In this document: in pieces, positions 10,491 to 19,855 of the stretch | Layout of the letters: every line of letters starts with the position of its first letter | How positions within the stretch are numbered: position 1 is the stretch's first letter | Source: Alphaproteobacteria bacterium | GTDB taxonomy: Bacteria > Pseudomonadota > Alphaproteobacteria > UBA2966 | DNA: 64,000 nt | NCBI GenBank assembly: GCA_964291395.2 | Contig: OZ219856.1 | Coordinates: 1,824,001 to 1,888,000, forward strand | Direction of reading: 5' to 3' | The notes under the pieces: generated by a model | Seen by the model: only the letters and a program-made list of their open reading frames with translations | What the model was told of the DNA's origin: nothing | The model's database searches: none | Made by a program: the position numbers and the translations under genes

Positions 10491-11483
10491 CTAGAACGCC
10501 GGGTTCAGCCGGTGCTTGGGATATTCCGCGCCGACAACGTGCTGAATGGTGATGGCGCGCACCATCTGGTAGGTCCGGATGCGAAAGGCGGGATCGCAGG
10601 ACATGCGAATGTAGGTGTCCTGCGGCTTGATGTCGTAGTCCTCGCTCAACCAGTCGATCATATTGGCACAGGCGTCGTAGACGGCATGCTCCATCGGCAG
10701 GTTGATTCCGACCGCCACGATGCTCCCGGGCTTGACGATGCGCACCGTCGGCATGCGCCTGTTCTTGATGACGGTGCAGTTCAACTGCACGGTGGCGCGC
10801 GTCTCGTCCGCGATTCCAGTGAACTCGGTGTCGCCTTGTCCACCATGGATGTCACCGATGTACAGCAGTCCGCCCTCGTGGTAGGAGTTCAGCAGGATCG
10901 TGTGTCCGGGGGCGACGTCCCGGCAGTCGATATTGCCGCCGAAGGGGCCCTGACCCAGCAGCGACGTGAAGACCTCGCGTTCCGGAGCGGTCGCCAGGGT
11001 TCCGCAGAACGGCTCCAGATCCCAGGTGAGCTTGTCCGAATACTTGCCCTTGCCGTCCCGGGTTTTGCCGCTCGGTCCGGGAAGGTGTTCGATGATCTGA
11101 ACCCTCGGCTCCGCGCACTGTCCACCCCAACGCGTCGACTCTCCGTAGGGCCCGATGCCCGGGAGGATGCCCGAGAAGCCGTAACGCCACGGGTCGATGA
11201 ACTCGAGGTTCACGGCCAGGACGTCGCCGGCCTCGCAACCTTCAACGTAGATCGGACCGACGACGGGGTTGTATTTCGGAGGCCACGCCGCGTTCAGCGC
11301 ATCGACGTGGGCATCGCCGACGAACTGATGCACCTTCGGATTGTCGCTGTCGTCCTCGATGAGGCCCGACAACGCATCGTCGGTCTCGATCTGAAACGAC
11401 TCCTCCTGCTTGACGTGAAGCACCGGCTCGTCTCGGGCATCGAATGCGTACTTGGTCACTTCGCCACGTTTGATGATCTGCAT
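10491..11483 (-). CDS. acetamidase/formamidase family protein
   Basis: 'NPVVGPIYVEGCEAGDVLAV', 'FGGNID', 'GDIHGGQGDTE'; RBS AAGGAG upstream of ATG 11483. Confidence 0.9.
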   Translation of the reverse strand: MQIIKRGEVTKYAFDARDEPVLHVKQEESFQIETDDALSGLIEDDSDNPKVHQFVGDAHVDALNAAWPPKYNPVVGPIYVEGCEAGDVLAVNLEFIDPWRYGFSGILPGIGPYGESTRWGGQCAEPRVQIIEHLPGPSGKTRDGKGKYSDKLTWDLEPFCGTLATAPEREVFTSLLGQGPFGGNIDCRDVAPGHTILLNSYHEGGLLYIGDIHGGQGDTEFTGIADETRATVQLNCTVIKNRRMPTVRIVKPGSIVAVGINLPMEHAVYDACANMIDWLSEDYDIKPQDTYIRMSCDPAFRIRTYQMVRAITIQHVVGAEYPKHRLNPAF

Positions 11484-11687
11484 AGATCGACTCCTTTGGT
11501 TCGATAGCTGGCCGGGTTGTCGTCTGGTGTACACATTGCGTGCCGTGTGCCCGCGCCACCTTATGATATTGCCGCGCAGGCAGTACATGCCGGATGGGTC
11601 GTCATCGTACCGCTTACCGGGTGGCGCCGCTTCGGCATTCGGCCAAGGGCGGAAGTGGAGTGCCACCCTGGGCGTCGAACCCCTGAC

Positions 11688-13232
11688 TCAGTTCATGCGA
11701 ACGATGAAAGCGTGCTCACCGACTGTGGTCGAGACTTCTATATCCCCTTCGACGGCGTGCCAATCGTCCGACACCACGCCGTCGGCCTCGATGGTGCAGC
11801 GATTCGGATCGACATTGGCTATACGGAAGGTCGTCGGCTCTCCCGCCGCTTTGGGCGCTCCGGCATCCGTCGTGACCGCCAGCAAACGGCGCTCGGCGTC
11901 ATAGATCGCCTGCGACAGACAGACCTTGGGAAAATCGACGCCATAGACCGTCGGCTCCAGGAATTTGCGCAGATTGGGCCGACCGATCAGATCAGCCCAG
12001 GCGCCAGGCTCCACCGCTTCTGCGAATGCGGCGGAAGCGTTCAACTGACCCCTTGGGTGCGGTTCGTCAAGCCCGAACCGCCAGGTGAATTCGCCGGTCT
12101 CGGTGTCCCAACTCGGCTCATCGTTGGCCTCCGAATGGATTTTGAGCTTGGCATAGACGGCCTCGTCTCCGAATTCACGCGCCAGGAACTGGATCAAAAG
12201 CCGACCCATTGCCGCCATCGGATCTCCGGCATTGTCCGGGCTTGCGTCATTGGGTCCGATGGGCGCCTCCCCGTGCCGACTCAACTGATCGATGGCGTCG
12301 TCGTACAGCACGCGGGCATCGTCGGGGTACAAGGGCAACACGCCGTGTACTGTGCCAAACCGAAAGAAAGGCGAGCGGTCGACCGGATGGTGACAGGGAA
12401 CCAGCGGGTCATAGTACATCGTCACCGAGCCGGCGACCTTGCCGTCCTGAATCGACAGATAGTTTCGTTTTGCATGGTCCCAGAAAGCGTCGAAGGCAGG
12501 ACGGAAATCGCTGCCGCAGAGCATATCGTGGAGGCTCAGACCGAGCCCCGCGCGGCTCATTCACAAAGGCCAGATCTTGGTGTTCTCGCAGTGGACCCCC
12601 TCCGGCCGTTTGGCCATTTGGGAATACAAGTGCTCGGCGATCCCCGTGTGGGTCCAGGAGAACGTGTCGGCGCCGTTGCGCACCATGTCGAAGGGCCGGT
12701 TCCACTTCTCGTCGCCGGTGACGTAGAGGTAGAAACCCAGCACCAGCAGGAAGTCTCCTTTGAAGAACAGGTTACCGTCGGCGGCGACCGGATCCATTTG
12801 CAGACCCCACGGCTCGACACCGTTGGCGGTCCAGCCCGGCACGTCGTATTTCCCGCGAAGGAACGGCGGGATCAGCACCCGGTACCACGCTTCCGGATAT
12901 TGCTCACGGCGCGGGTCGTCACCGATCTGATCGAGCCAGTCCTTTGCCGCCCAGTAGCCGGTATAGCGCATGACGAACTCGTCCAGGATGCGGCCGTAGA
13001 CTTCGCGCCACGCCGGGGTGCGGTCAGCCATCAGCGGTATCGCATAACTGCTTCTCACCAGATCGAAGCGGGTCCACGAGGTCATGGGCTCGCCGGTGAC
13101 GTCGTCCCAATGCGCGTGCGGCCGGCCGTCCTTGTCCCAATTGTCCGGCGTCGTCGCCTTGCGATGGAGGTAGCGGAGCCAGCCCCTCGAGCGATCCGAC
13201 GTTGCCGGGTAGCCGCGTACCGTTGCTGCCAT
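11688..13232 (-). CDS. linalool dehydratase/isomerase (LinD/Ldi)-family protein, putative selenoprotein (514 aa, Sec at codon 224, TGA 12563-12561)
   Basis: ORFs 12561-13232 and 11688-12560 are in one frame separated only by TGA. The joined sequence 'NLFFKGDFLLVLGFYLYVTGDEKW...[32 protein letters not shown]' parallels LinD '[24 protein letters not shown]...[32 protein letters not shown]' (recalled from memory). A SECIS-like hairpin follows the TGA. Confidence 0.8.
12531..12549 (-). promoter_or_regulatory. putative bacterial SECIS element
   Basis: mRNA reads UGA + 11 nt (AUGAGCCGCGC) + GGGGCUC-GGUCU-GAGCCUC; spacing and apical loop resemble E. coli fdhF (11 nt, AGGUCU). Confidence 0.75.
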
Positions 13233-13630
13233 CCTCTTTCCCCCTCGTATCCATTACCGCACGCGGGATGCACGTCATGTGCTCGACACGACCAAGCTAA
13301 GCTATCAAAACCGAAACGGCCAAGAGGTAGCCCAACAGAAGGGCCTCCCACCGAAGGCCTTCGCCTCGGCATCGTAGTCTGGTGAAGGAGGCCGGCGAAG
13401 GCGGGAGCGTGGGCGGAAAAAGCGCCCTCAAACACTGGATCATGCCGCCTACTCCGTGCGAGAATTCAGGGTGCGCGTCGTAAGGCGCGTCACGCGTGGG
13501 GTATCTCGGTGAACAGCAAACCGCGTGTCGATCATTCGACGGTGCGGTGGGGGGTTGTTGGAGTAGAGATATCGCCGCAACGAGACGGTCTCTCGAAGGA
13601 GCTGTCCGACAACGTGATGGGAGGAGAATT

Positions 13631-14668
13631 ATGAAGATGCACTCATTGTTCATGGCCACCGCCGCTGCGGTGCTTCTCGCGGTTTCCGCGGGATCTGTCG
13701 ATGCAAAGGAACTCAAGTTTGGTACGGCTGTTCCCGTGACGACCCCTCTGGGCAAATCCATCGAGGACGGTCTGATTCCCGGCATCGCCAAGGCTTCCGG
13801 CGGTGAACTCACCATGGTGGCGCACTACCACGGCTCGGTCTGCGGCGAGCAGAAGTGCGGCGAGCAGGCCAACCAGGGGCTCCTGGCGGCGTGGACCAGC
13901 TCGACGGCCAACTTCGGCAACTTCGGCACCGCCCTGTCGATCTTCGACCTCCCGTATCTGTTCAAGGACCAGGACACGGCCAATCAGATCGCCGATGGGT
14001 GGCTGGGCGATGCGGCCAGCGAGAACGCGGCGAAGACGACCCAGCACAAGGTCTTCGAGGTGTTTTCCGCAGGCGGCTTCCGCCAACTGGGCAACACCGA
14101 GAGAACGATCAAGTCGCCCGCCGACATGAAGGGCATCAAGTTCCGCGTGACCAAGAGCCCGATCGAGTACACCCTGATCAAGACCTGGGGCGGGATCCCG
14201 ATCCCCTTTGACTGGCTGCAGCTCTACCAGGGTCTGCAGACCGGCGTGGTCAACGGCGAGTACGTGCAGGTGCCGTGGCAGTACGTCTTCAAGCACCACG
14301 AGCTCAACAAGTACTACACCGAGACGGGCGGCGCCTGGGGCGGCAACCACCTTTCAATGGATCTGAAGCAGTACAACGAACTTCCCGATCAGGAGAAGGA
14401 GTGGCTGCTGGCGGGTGTGGACGATTTCTCCGCGATCGCTCGCGCCGCCGACAAGGCGTGGGTGGCGGAGTTGACCGAAGCGCTGAAGAAGGAGATCGAC
14501 GTCTGGTACACGCCCAACGAGGCCGAGATGGACATGTGGCGTGCCGGCGCGGTCGGCGCCTGGGCGGACGCCAAGGGCACCTACGATCCCAAACTTGCCG
14601 AAAGAGCCCTGGCGGAACAGGGTCTGGATGCCTTCATCGAATCCCTGAAGAAGGGCGGCGCGCTCTAG
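13631..14668 (+). CDS. TRAP transporter substrate-binding protein (DctP family)
   Basis: Signal peptide; 'FDLPYLF', 'GGFRQL', 'DMKGIKFR', 'LYQGLQTGVVNG'; RBS GGAGGAG. Confidence 0.9.
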   Translation: MKMHSLFMATAAAVLLAVSAGSVDAKELKFGTAVPVTTPLGKSIEDGLIPGIAKASGGELTMVAHYHGSVCGEQKCGEQANQGLLAAWTSSTANFGNFGTALSIFDLPYLFKDQDTANQIADGWLGDAASENAAKTTQHKVFEVFSAGGFRQLGNTERTIKSPADMKGIKFRVTKSPIEYTLIKTWGGIPIPFDWLQLYQGLQTGVVNGEYVQVPWQYVFKHHELNKYYTETGGAWGGNHLSMDLKQYNELPDQEKEWLLAGVDDFSAIARAADKAWVAELTEALKKEIDVWYTPNEAEMDMWRAGAVGAWADAKGTYDPKLAERALAEQGLDAFIESLKKGGAL

Positions 14669-14694
14669 GCGAAGCCGTCAACCGAATTCATTTC

Positions 14695-14719
14695 AAAGGG
14701 GGCCAAAGGCCCCCTTTTC
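14695..14719 (+). terminator. rho-independent terminator (possibly bidirectional)
   Basis: AAAGGGGGCC-AAA-GGCCCCCTTTT hairpin between convergent genes. Confidence 0.8.
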
Positions 14720-14750
14720 TTCAGGAACGCGCCGCGCGAGGGCGCTTCTC

Positions 14751-15560
14751 TCATCCCGCTCCAACCATCTCGTCGAGGCCCCGGCGCAAGATGGCGTTGA
14801 ACTCGTCGGGCGCCTCGACGTTGGGGAAATGGTGCTGATTCTCGATAACGGTCAGCCGCGACCCCTTGATGCGTTCATGGATCGCATGGGTGCACTCGAT
14901 CGGTGCCGCCGGATCATCTCGTGATCCAATGATGTTGGTGGGCGCGGTGATCCTGTGCAGCGAGTCCCGGTAGTTGAGACCCGCGACCGCCGACGTACCG
15001 CCGACATAGCCCTCGACCTTGGTTCCAACGAAGACCTCGCGTACGGCGTGATAGTCGGCATTGGCCGCATCGGCAAAGGCGTCGGTGAACCAGTATCTGT
15101 CGGTGGCGTCCCAAACCGGTTGCATACCCTCGGCGCGGACCAGCTTCTGGCGCTCGTCGATCCATGACCGGTGCTCGGGCTCCGTATAGGAGAGCGTGCA
15201 GCAGAGGGACAACGACAGGACCCTCTCCGGGTGATGGATGCCGAGGCCCTGTCCGATCATGCCGCCGGTCGAGATGCCGATCCAGTGCACCCGGTCGAGG
15301 CCGAAGGCGTCCAACAACCCGACGGCATCCGCATCGAATTGCGCCAGGGTATATGGCCCGGGCGGGGCGTCGCTGTCCCCCGCACCACGGAAGTCGTAGC
15401 GCAGGATGCGATAGCGGTCCGTGAGCGCCGGCATCTGCCAGTCCCACAGGCGATGGCTCGTTCCCATGGCATGCGCCATCACGATAACGGGACCGCCCTC
15501 GGGACCGTCCCAGCGGTAGGCGATGGCGATATCGCCGACGCGGATCTTGGCGATGCTCAT
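14751..15560 (-). CDS. alpha/beta hydrolase, 3-oxoadipate enol-lactonase (PcaD)-like
   Basis: 'RILRYDFRGAGDS', nucleophile elbow GISTGG, 'HFPNVEAPDEF'. Confidence 0.85.
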   Translation of the reverse strand: MSIAKIRVGDIAIAYRWDGPEGGPVIVMAHAMGTSHRLWDWQMPALTDRYRILRYDFRGAGDSDAPPGPYTLAQFDADAVGLLDAFGLDRVHWIGISTGGMIGQGLGIHHPERVLSLSLCCTLSYTEPEHRSWIDERQKLVRAEGMQPVWDATDRYWFTDAFADAANADYHAVREVFVGTKVEGYVGGTSAVAGLNYRDSLHRITAPTNIIGSRDDPAAPIECTHAIHERIKGSRLTVIENQHHFPNVEAPDEFNAILRRGLDEMVGAG

Positions 15561-15671
15561 GGTGGCGCGGACTCTACAGCATGCACCGCATGAGCCGCGC
15601 CCGCCTCCCCCGGCCGGACGCGGCCCCGGCCGCGCCGGCGGGCCGGTTCCGTCAGGTAAATGAATCGAACG

Positions 15672-16715
15672 CTACAGCGCGCCGGCCTTCTCGAGCACCT
15701 TGATGAAGTCGGTGAGGCCTTGTTCGCCGAGGGCCGCGCGGGCGAGCTCGGGATCGTAGGTCCCCTTCGCGTCGACCCAAGCCTGCACGGCGCCTTCGCG
15801 CCAGACTTTCATCTCCGCCTCGGTGGGCGTGTAGACCTTGGCTTTCTTCTCAAGCGTCCTGCGACCTTCCTCGATCCAAGCGGCGTCATACGTGAAGATC
15901 TCGTCCTGCAGATCGGCCATCAGCTTGTCGACGACGCCACGCACTTCGGCCGACTCGCCCTGATACCACTTCAGGTCGGCCAACAGCGCGTTGGTTCCCC
16001 AGGCGCCGCCGGTCAGCGTGAAGTGTTCCGCGACCTCATGGATCTTGAGGACGGCCTGCCAAGGCAGCTGCACGTACATGCCGTTGATCACGCCGGTGAG
16101 CATGCCGTTGTAGATCTGGGACGCATCGTAGGGCACGGGGATCGCACCCCAAGCCTTCATGAGCGTGAACTCCATCGGGCTCTTCGTGGTGCGGATCTTG
16201 ACCCCCTTGAGGTCCTGGGGGCCGTGAATGGCGCGCACATTGCAAGAGAGATGCCGGAAGCCACCGCCCGGAATCAGAGCGAACACCTTGAGGCCCATCT
16301 CCGACTCGGCCCGCTCGTGGAGCGTCGTGGCGAACGATCCGTAGGAGAGTTTCTTCGCCCACGCATTGTCCTTGAAGATATATGGCAGATTGGCGATGTC
16401 GTAGGTCGTGCCGAAGGCGCCGATGTTGCCGGTCGAGATCGACGTCAAGTGGATGTTGCCAAGGCGCGCCTGCTCCACGCAGTTGTGCTCCGAACAGAGC
16501 GAGCCCCGCATGTGCAACTCGGGGCTGAGACCGCCGGCCGAGTACTCGTTGACCAGCCTTTCGAACGAATTGGTCAGCGCCTGGCCGGTGGACGTGGTCG
16601 GCGGATTGAACGTCGCGAAAACCAGATCCTTGGCGGACGCCGGGCCGGACAGCCCGCTGCCGCACAAGGCGATGACGATGGCACCGATAGCGCCACCCAA
16701 GAGATAACGTGTCAC
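15672..16715 (-). CDS. TRAP transporter substrate-binding protein (DctP family), paralog of 13631-14668
   Basis: GTG start with RBS GGAGGA; 'NLPYIF', 'GGFRHL', 'DLKGVKIRTTKSP'; C-terminus nearly identical in pattern to the first copy. Confidence 0.88.
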   Translation of the reverse strand: MTRYLLGGAIGAIVIALCGSGLSGPASAKDLVFATFNPPTTSTGQALTNSFERLVNEYSAGGLSPELHMRGSLCSEHNCVEQARLGNIHLTSISTGNIGAFGTTYDIANLPYIFKDNAWAKKLSYGSFATTLHERAESEMGLKVFALIPGGGFRHLSCNVRAIHGPQDLKGVKIRTTKSPMEFTLMKAWGAIPVPYDASQIYNGMLTGVINGMYVQLPWQAVLKIHEVAEHFTLTGGAWGTNALLADLKWYQGESAEVRGVVDKLMADLQDEIFTYDAAWIEEGRRTLEKKAKVYTPTEAEMKVWREGAVQAWVDAKGTYDPELARAALGEQGLTDFIKVLEKAGAL

Positions 16716-17054
16716 GATTGATTCCTCCCTGTGCATCGGCCGCGCGACGCGGAGCGCCGACGGCCATCGAACCGGCATCTCCATCAATGCCGGCACCGGG
16801 TTCATGCCCCCTGCCGTCGGCCGGCGGATCTGCTCAACGAATTCACGCGCTGTACCCATCGACGCCGACTCGGCCCGGGGAAAATCAAGCGCGATCCGCC
16901 CTACGGGCAGTATTGAACCACACATTGGAGCGGATGGCGACGCGACACGCGACACGCGACGCGCACCGGGCACCCCGGCTTGACCGCCGCGACGGGAAAA
17001 TCCGGACCCCCTGAGGTAGACTCCATCCCGGAAGACAACTGAAGGGGAACTGCC

Positions 17055-18425
17055 ATGGCCTTCAACCCGTACTCCGACGCCGTCGCGCTGGCGCGCGCCT
17101 ATCGGACCGGCGAGATCACCGTATCCGAGGTGGTCGACGCTCTCCTCGACCGGATCGAGACGCACGATCCGAAGCTCGGCGCGTTCCAGGCGCTCTACGC
17201 GGACGAGGCCCGCGATACCGCCGGAGCCGTCGACGGGGCGGTACGGTCGGGGCACGCCGTGGGTCCCTTTCACGGCATTCCCTTCGCCCTCAAGGACATC
17301 ATCGACGTCGAGGGGCGCATCACGACGGGCGGATCGGCCGCCATGGCCGACCGCGTGTCACCACGCACAGGAACGGTGGCCCGACGACTGCTCTCCGCCG
17401 GCGGCATCCTCGTCGGCAAGACCAAGACGGTCGAGGTTGCCATGGGCGGCTGGGGCACCAACCAGCGCATGGGCACGCCCTGGAACCCGTGGGACCTGGA
17501 GATCCACCGCACGCCGGGCGGATCGTCGAGCGGCTCCGGCGTTGCCGTGGGCGCGGGGCTCGTCCCCTGCGCCGTCGGCACGGACACGGGCGGATCGGTA
17601 CGCACGCCGGCGGCGTGGAACGGTATCGTCGGCCTCAAGGTCACCGAAGGGTTTCTCCCGACCGACGGGATCATCCCCTACTCCCACACCCTCGACACCC
17701 CGGGTCCGATGGTCCGGTCGGTGCGCGACGCCGCCTTCATGTTCGACGTCATGGCAGGCCGGGAATCCCACGAACTCGAAACACACCTGGGCGACGGCGA
17801 AGCATCGGCGAGCATCCGCGGCTTGCGCCTCGGCGCCCTCACCGAAAAGGACCGGGAACCCGTCGATGCCGATATCCTGGCGCTCTACGACGCAGCTCTC
17901 GACCGGCTCGGCTCGCTCGGAGCGGAGATCGTCGCCTTCGACCCGCCCGTCTCCTACGAGACCATGGCCGAGGCCAACGGCTTCATCTTCGCGGCCGAGG
18001 GGTACACCCATCATGGCAAGCTGATGGAGGACCCTGACGCGCCGGTCGACGAGGACGTGCGGCCGCGCATCCTCCGAGGCCGGGAGATCGCGGCCCACGA
18101 GTACATCGCCGCCACGCTGAAGCGCCGGGAGCACATCGCGCAGGTTCTCGCAGCCATGCAAGGCCTGGCCGCCCTGGTCATGCCGACGCTGCGGAGCGGT
18201 GCCGTCCCGATCACCGACGCCGACCAGAACGACACGCCGGCCCACCTCACGCGCCCGTTCAACTATCTCGCCATGTGCGCACTGTCGGTGCCCATGGGAT
18301 TGACGCCCGCAGGGCTTCCCGGCGGATTGCAGATCGTGGCGCGCAGCGGCGGCGAGGCGATGGCGCTCCGAATCGGCGCCGCCTTCGAGAAGTCCCGGGG
18401 GCCGTTCGACCATCCCCGCCTGTAG
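17055..18425 (+). CDS. amidase signature family protein
   Basis: 'FHGIPFALKD', 'PGGSSSGSG', 'GTDTGGSVRTPA'. Confidence 0.93.
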   Translation: MAFNPYSDAVALARAYRTGEITVSEVVDALLDRIETHDPKLGAFQALYADEARDTAGAVDGAVRSGHAVGPFHGIPFALKDIIDVEGRITTGGSAAMADRVSPRTGTVARRLLSAGGILVGKTKTVEVAMGGWGTNQRMGTPWNPWDLEIHRTPGGSSSGSGVAVGAGLVPCAVGTDTGGSVRTPAAWNGIVGLKVTEGFLPTDGIIPYSHTLDTPGPMVRSVRDAAFMFDVMAGRESHELETHLGDGEASASIRGLRLGALTEKDREPVDADILALYDAALDRLGSLGAEIVAFDPPVSYETMAEANGFIFAAEGYTHHGKLMEDPDAPVDEDVRPRILRGREIAAHEYIAATLKRREHIAQVLAAMQGLAALVMPTLRSGAVPITDADQNDTPAHLTRPFNYLAMCALSVPMGLTPAGLPGGLQIVARSGGEAMALRIGAAFEKSRGPFDHPRL

Positions 18426-18436
18426 CCCGTTGACAG

Positions 18437-19821
18437 ATGAAACCCGACGTCTATGCGAGCGTTCTCGAGGTCGCGCGGGCCTACCGGACCGGCGAGACGA
18501 CCGCGAGCGCCACGGTCGAGCGCTGCTCGATCGCATCGAGACCCACGACCAGAAGCTGGGAGCGTTTCAGTCGGTCTATGCCGACGACGCCCGCGCGGCT
18601 GCGGAGGCCGCCGACCAGGCCATGCGGACCGGTCATCGCATCGGTCCGTTTCACGGCATCCCCTTCGCCGTCAAGGACGTCATGGACGTGGAGGGTCGCG
18701 TGACGACGGGCGGCTCCCTGACCCGTGCGGATCGGCCGGCGGACAAGTCGGCGACGGTCGCGCGGCGCCTGCTGGCCGCCGGCGGGATTCTCCTCGGCAA
18801 GACCAAGACCATCGAATTCTCGATGGGAGGCTGGGGAACCAACCAGCACTTCGGTACGCCCTGGAACCCATGGGACCTGGATCGGCACCGGGTCCCCGGC
18901 GGATCCTCGAGCGGGTCGGCCGTGGCCGTCGCCTCGGGCATGGTTCCGGCCACGATCGGCACGGACACCGGCGGGTCGGTACGTACGCCGTCGGCCTGGT
19001 GCGGCGTGGTCGGTCTCAAGACGACCCACCGCGTCCTGCCCGTGGACGGGATCATCCCTACCGCCCACTCGCTCGACACGGTCGGACCGATCGTCCGTTC
19101 CGTCGCGGACGCCGCCCTCCTCTTCGATCTGATGGCGGGGCGCGAGACGTCCGAGCTGGATCGTCATTTAGACCGAGATGTGCCGCTAGACCCCAGCGGG
19201 CCGACGGCACTTCCGGGCTTCCGCCTCGGCGCGCTTCCAGCGGAAGAACGCGAAGGCATGGATGATGCCGTGCTCGATCTCTACGACGCGGCACTCGACC
19301 GGCTGCGTTCGCTCGGCGCCGAGATCGAGGTCTTCGAGCCGCCGCTGTCCTACGTCGACCTGGCCCGCGCGAACCGCCTGATCGCCACGTCCGAGGCGTA
19401 CGCTCACCACGGTCCGCTGATGGAGGACCGGGAAGCGCGGGTCGATGAGGACGTGCGCCAACTCATCCTGCCCGGCCGAGACATCCCGGCGCATGAGTAC
19501 ATCGCCGCCAGGCTGCGGCGTGCCGAGGACATCGAAGCCTTCCTGACGCGCATGAAAGACTTCACGGCCCTGCTGACGCCGACGCTCGGCATCGTCGCCG
19601 TGCCGCTCGAGGAGGTAAAGCCGAGTGACTATCCGGCCGGCTTCACCCGGCCGGTCAACTACCTCGGGATGTGCGCGGCGTCGGTACCCATGGGCCTGAC
19701 CCCGGACAACCTGCCGGCCGGGCTGCAGATCGTGGCGCGGGCCGGCGAGGAAGCGACGGCGCTCCGAATCGGCGCCGCCTTTGAGCGAGTGAGGGGACCG
19801 TGGCAAGGGCCCGCGCTATAG
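18437..19821 (+). pseudogene. second amidase-signature protein, with a frameshift near 18520
   Basis: ATG 18437 'MKPDVYASVLEVARAYRTGE' matches the N-terminus of the first amidase; the rest ('ALLDRIETHD...GTDTGGSVRTPS') is in another frame; may be a sequencing error. Confidence 0.8.
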
Positions 19822-19855
19822 TGGACGATCAGCCCGCATCATCCGGACCGACACG

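Noticed and set aside
11517-13385. 622-aa plus-strand ORF spanning the Ldi-like gene
   Set aside because: Antisense shadow typical of high-GC coding DNA, with no recognisable motifs. It is consistent with continuous coding on the minus strand across the TGA.
13240-13620. Possible riboswitch or ncRNA between the Ldi-like and dctP genes
   Set aside because: Some GC hairpins are possible, but I recognise no known consensus; an Rfam/Infernal search would be needed.
16938-16966. Short CGCGACA tandem repeats upstream of the amidase
   Set aside because: Only 2-3 imperfect units in GC-rich DNA; could be chance.
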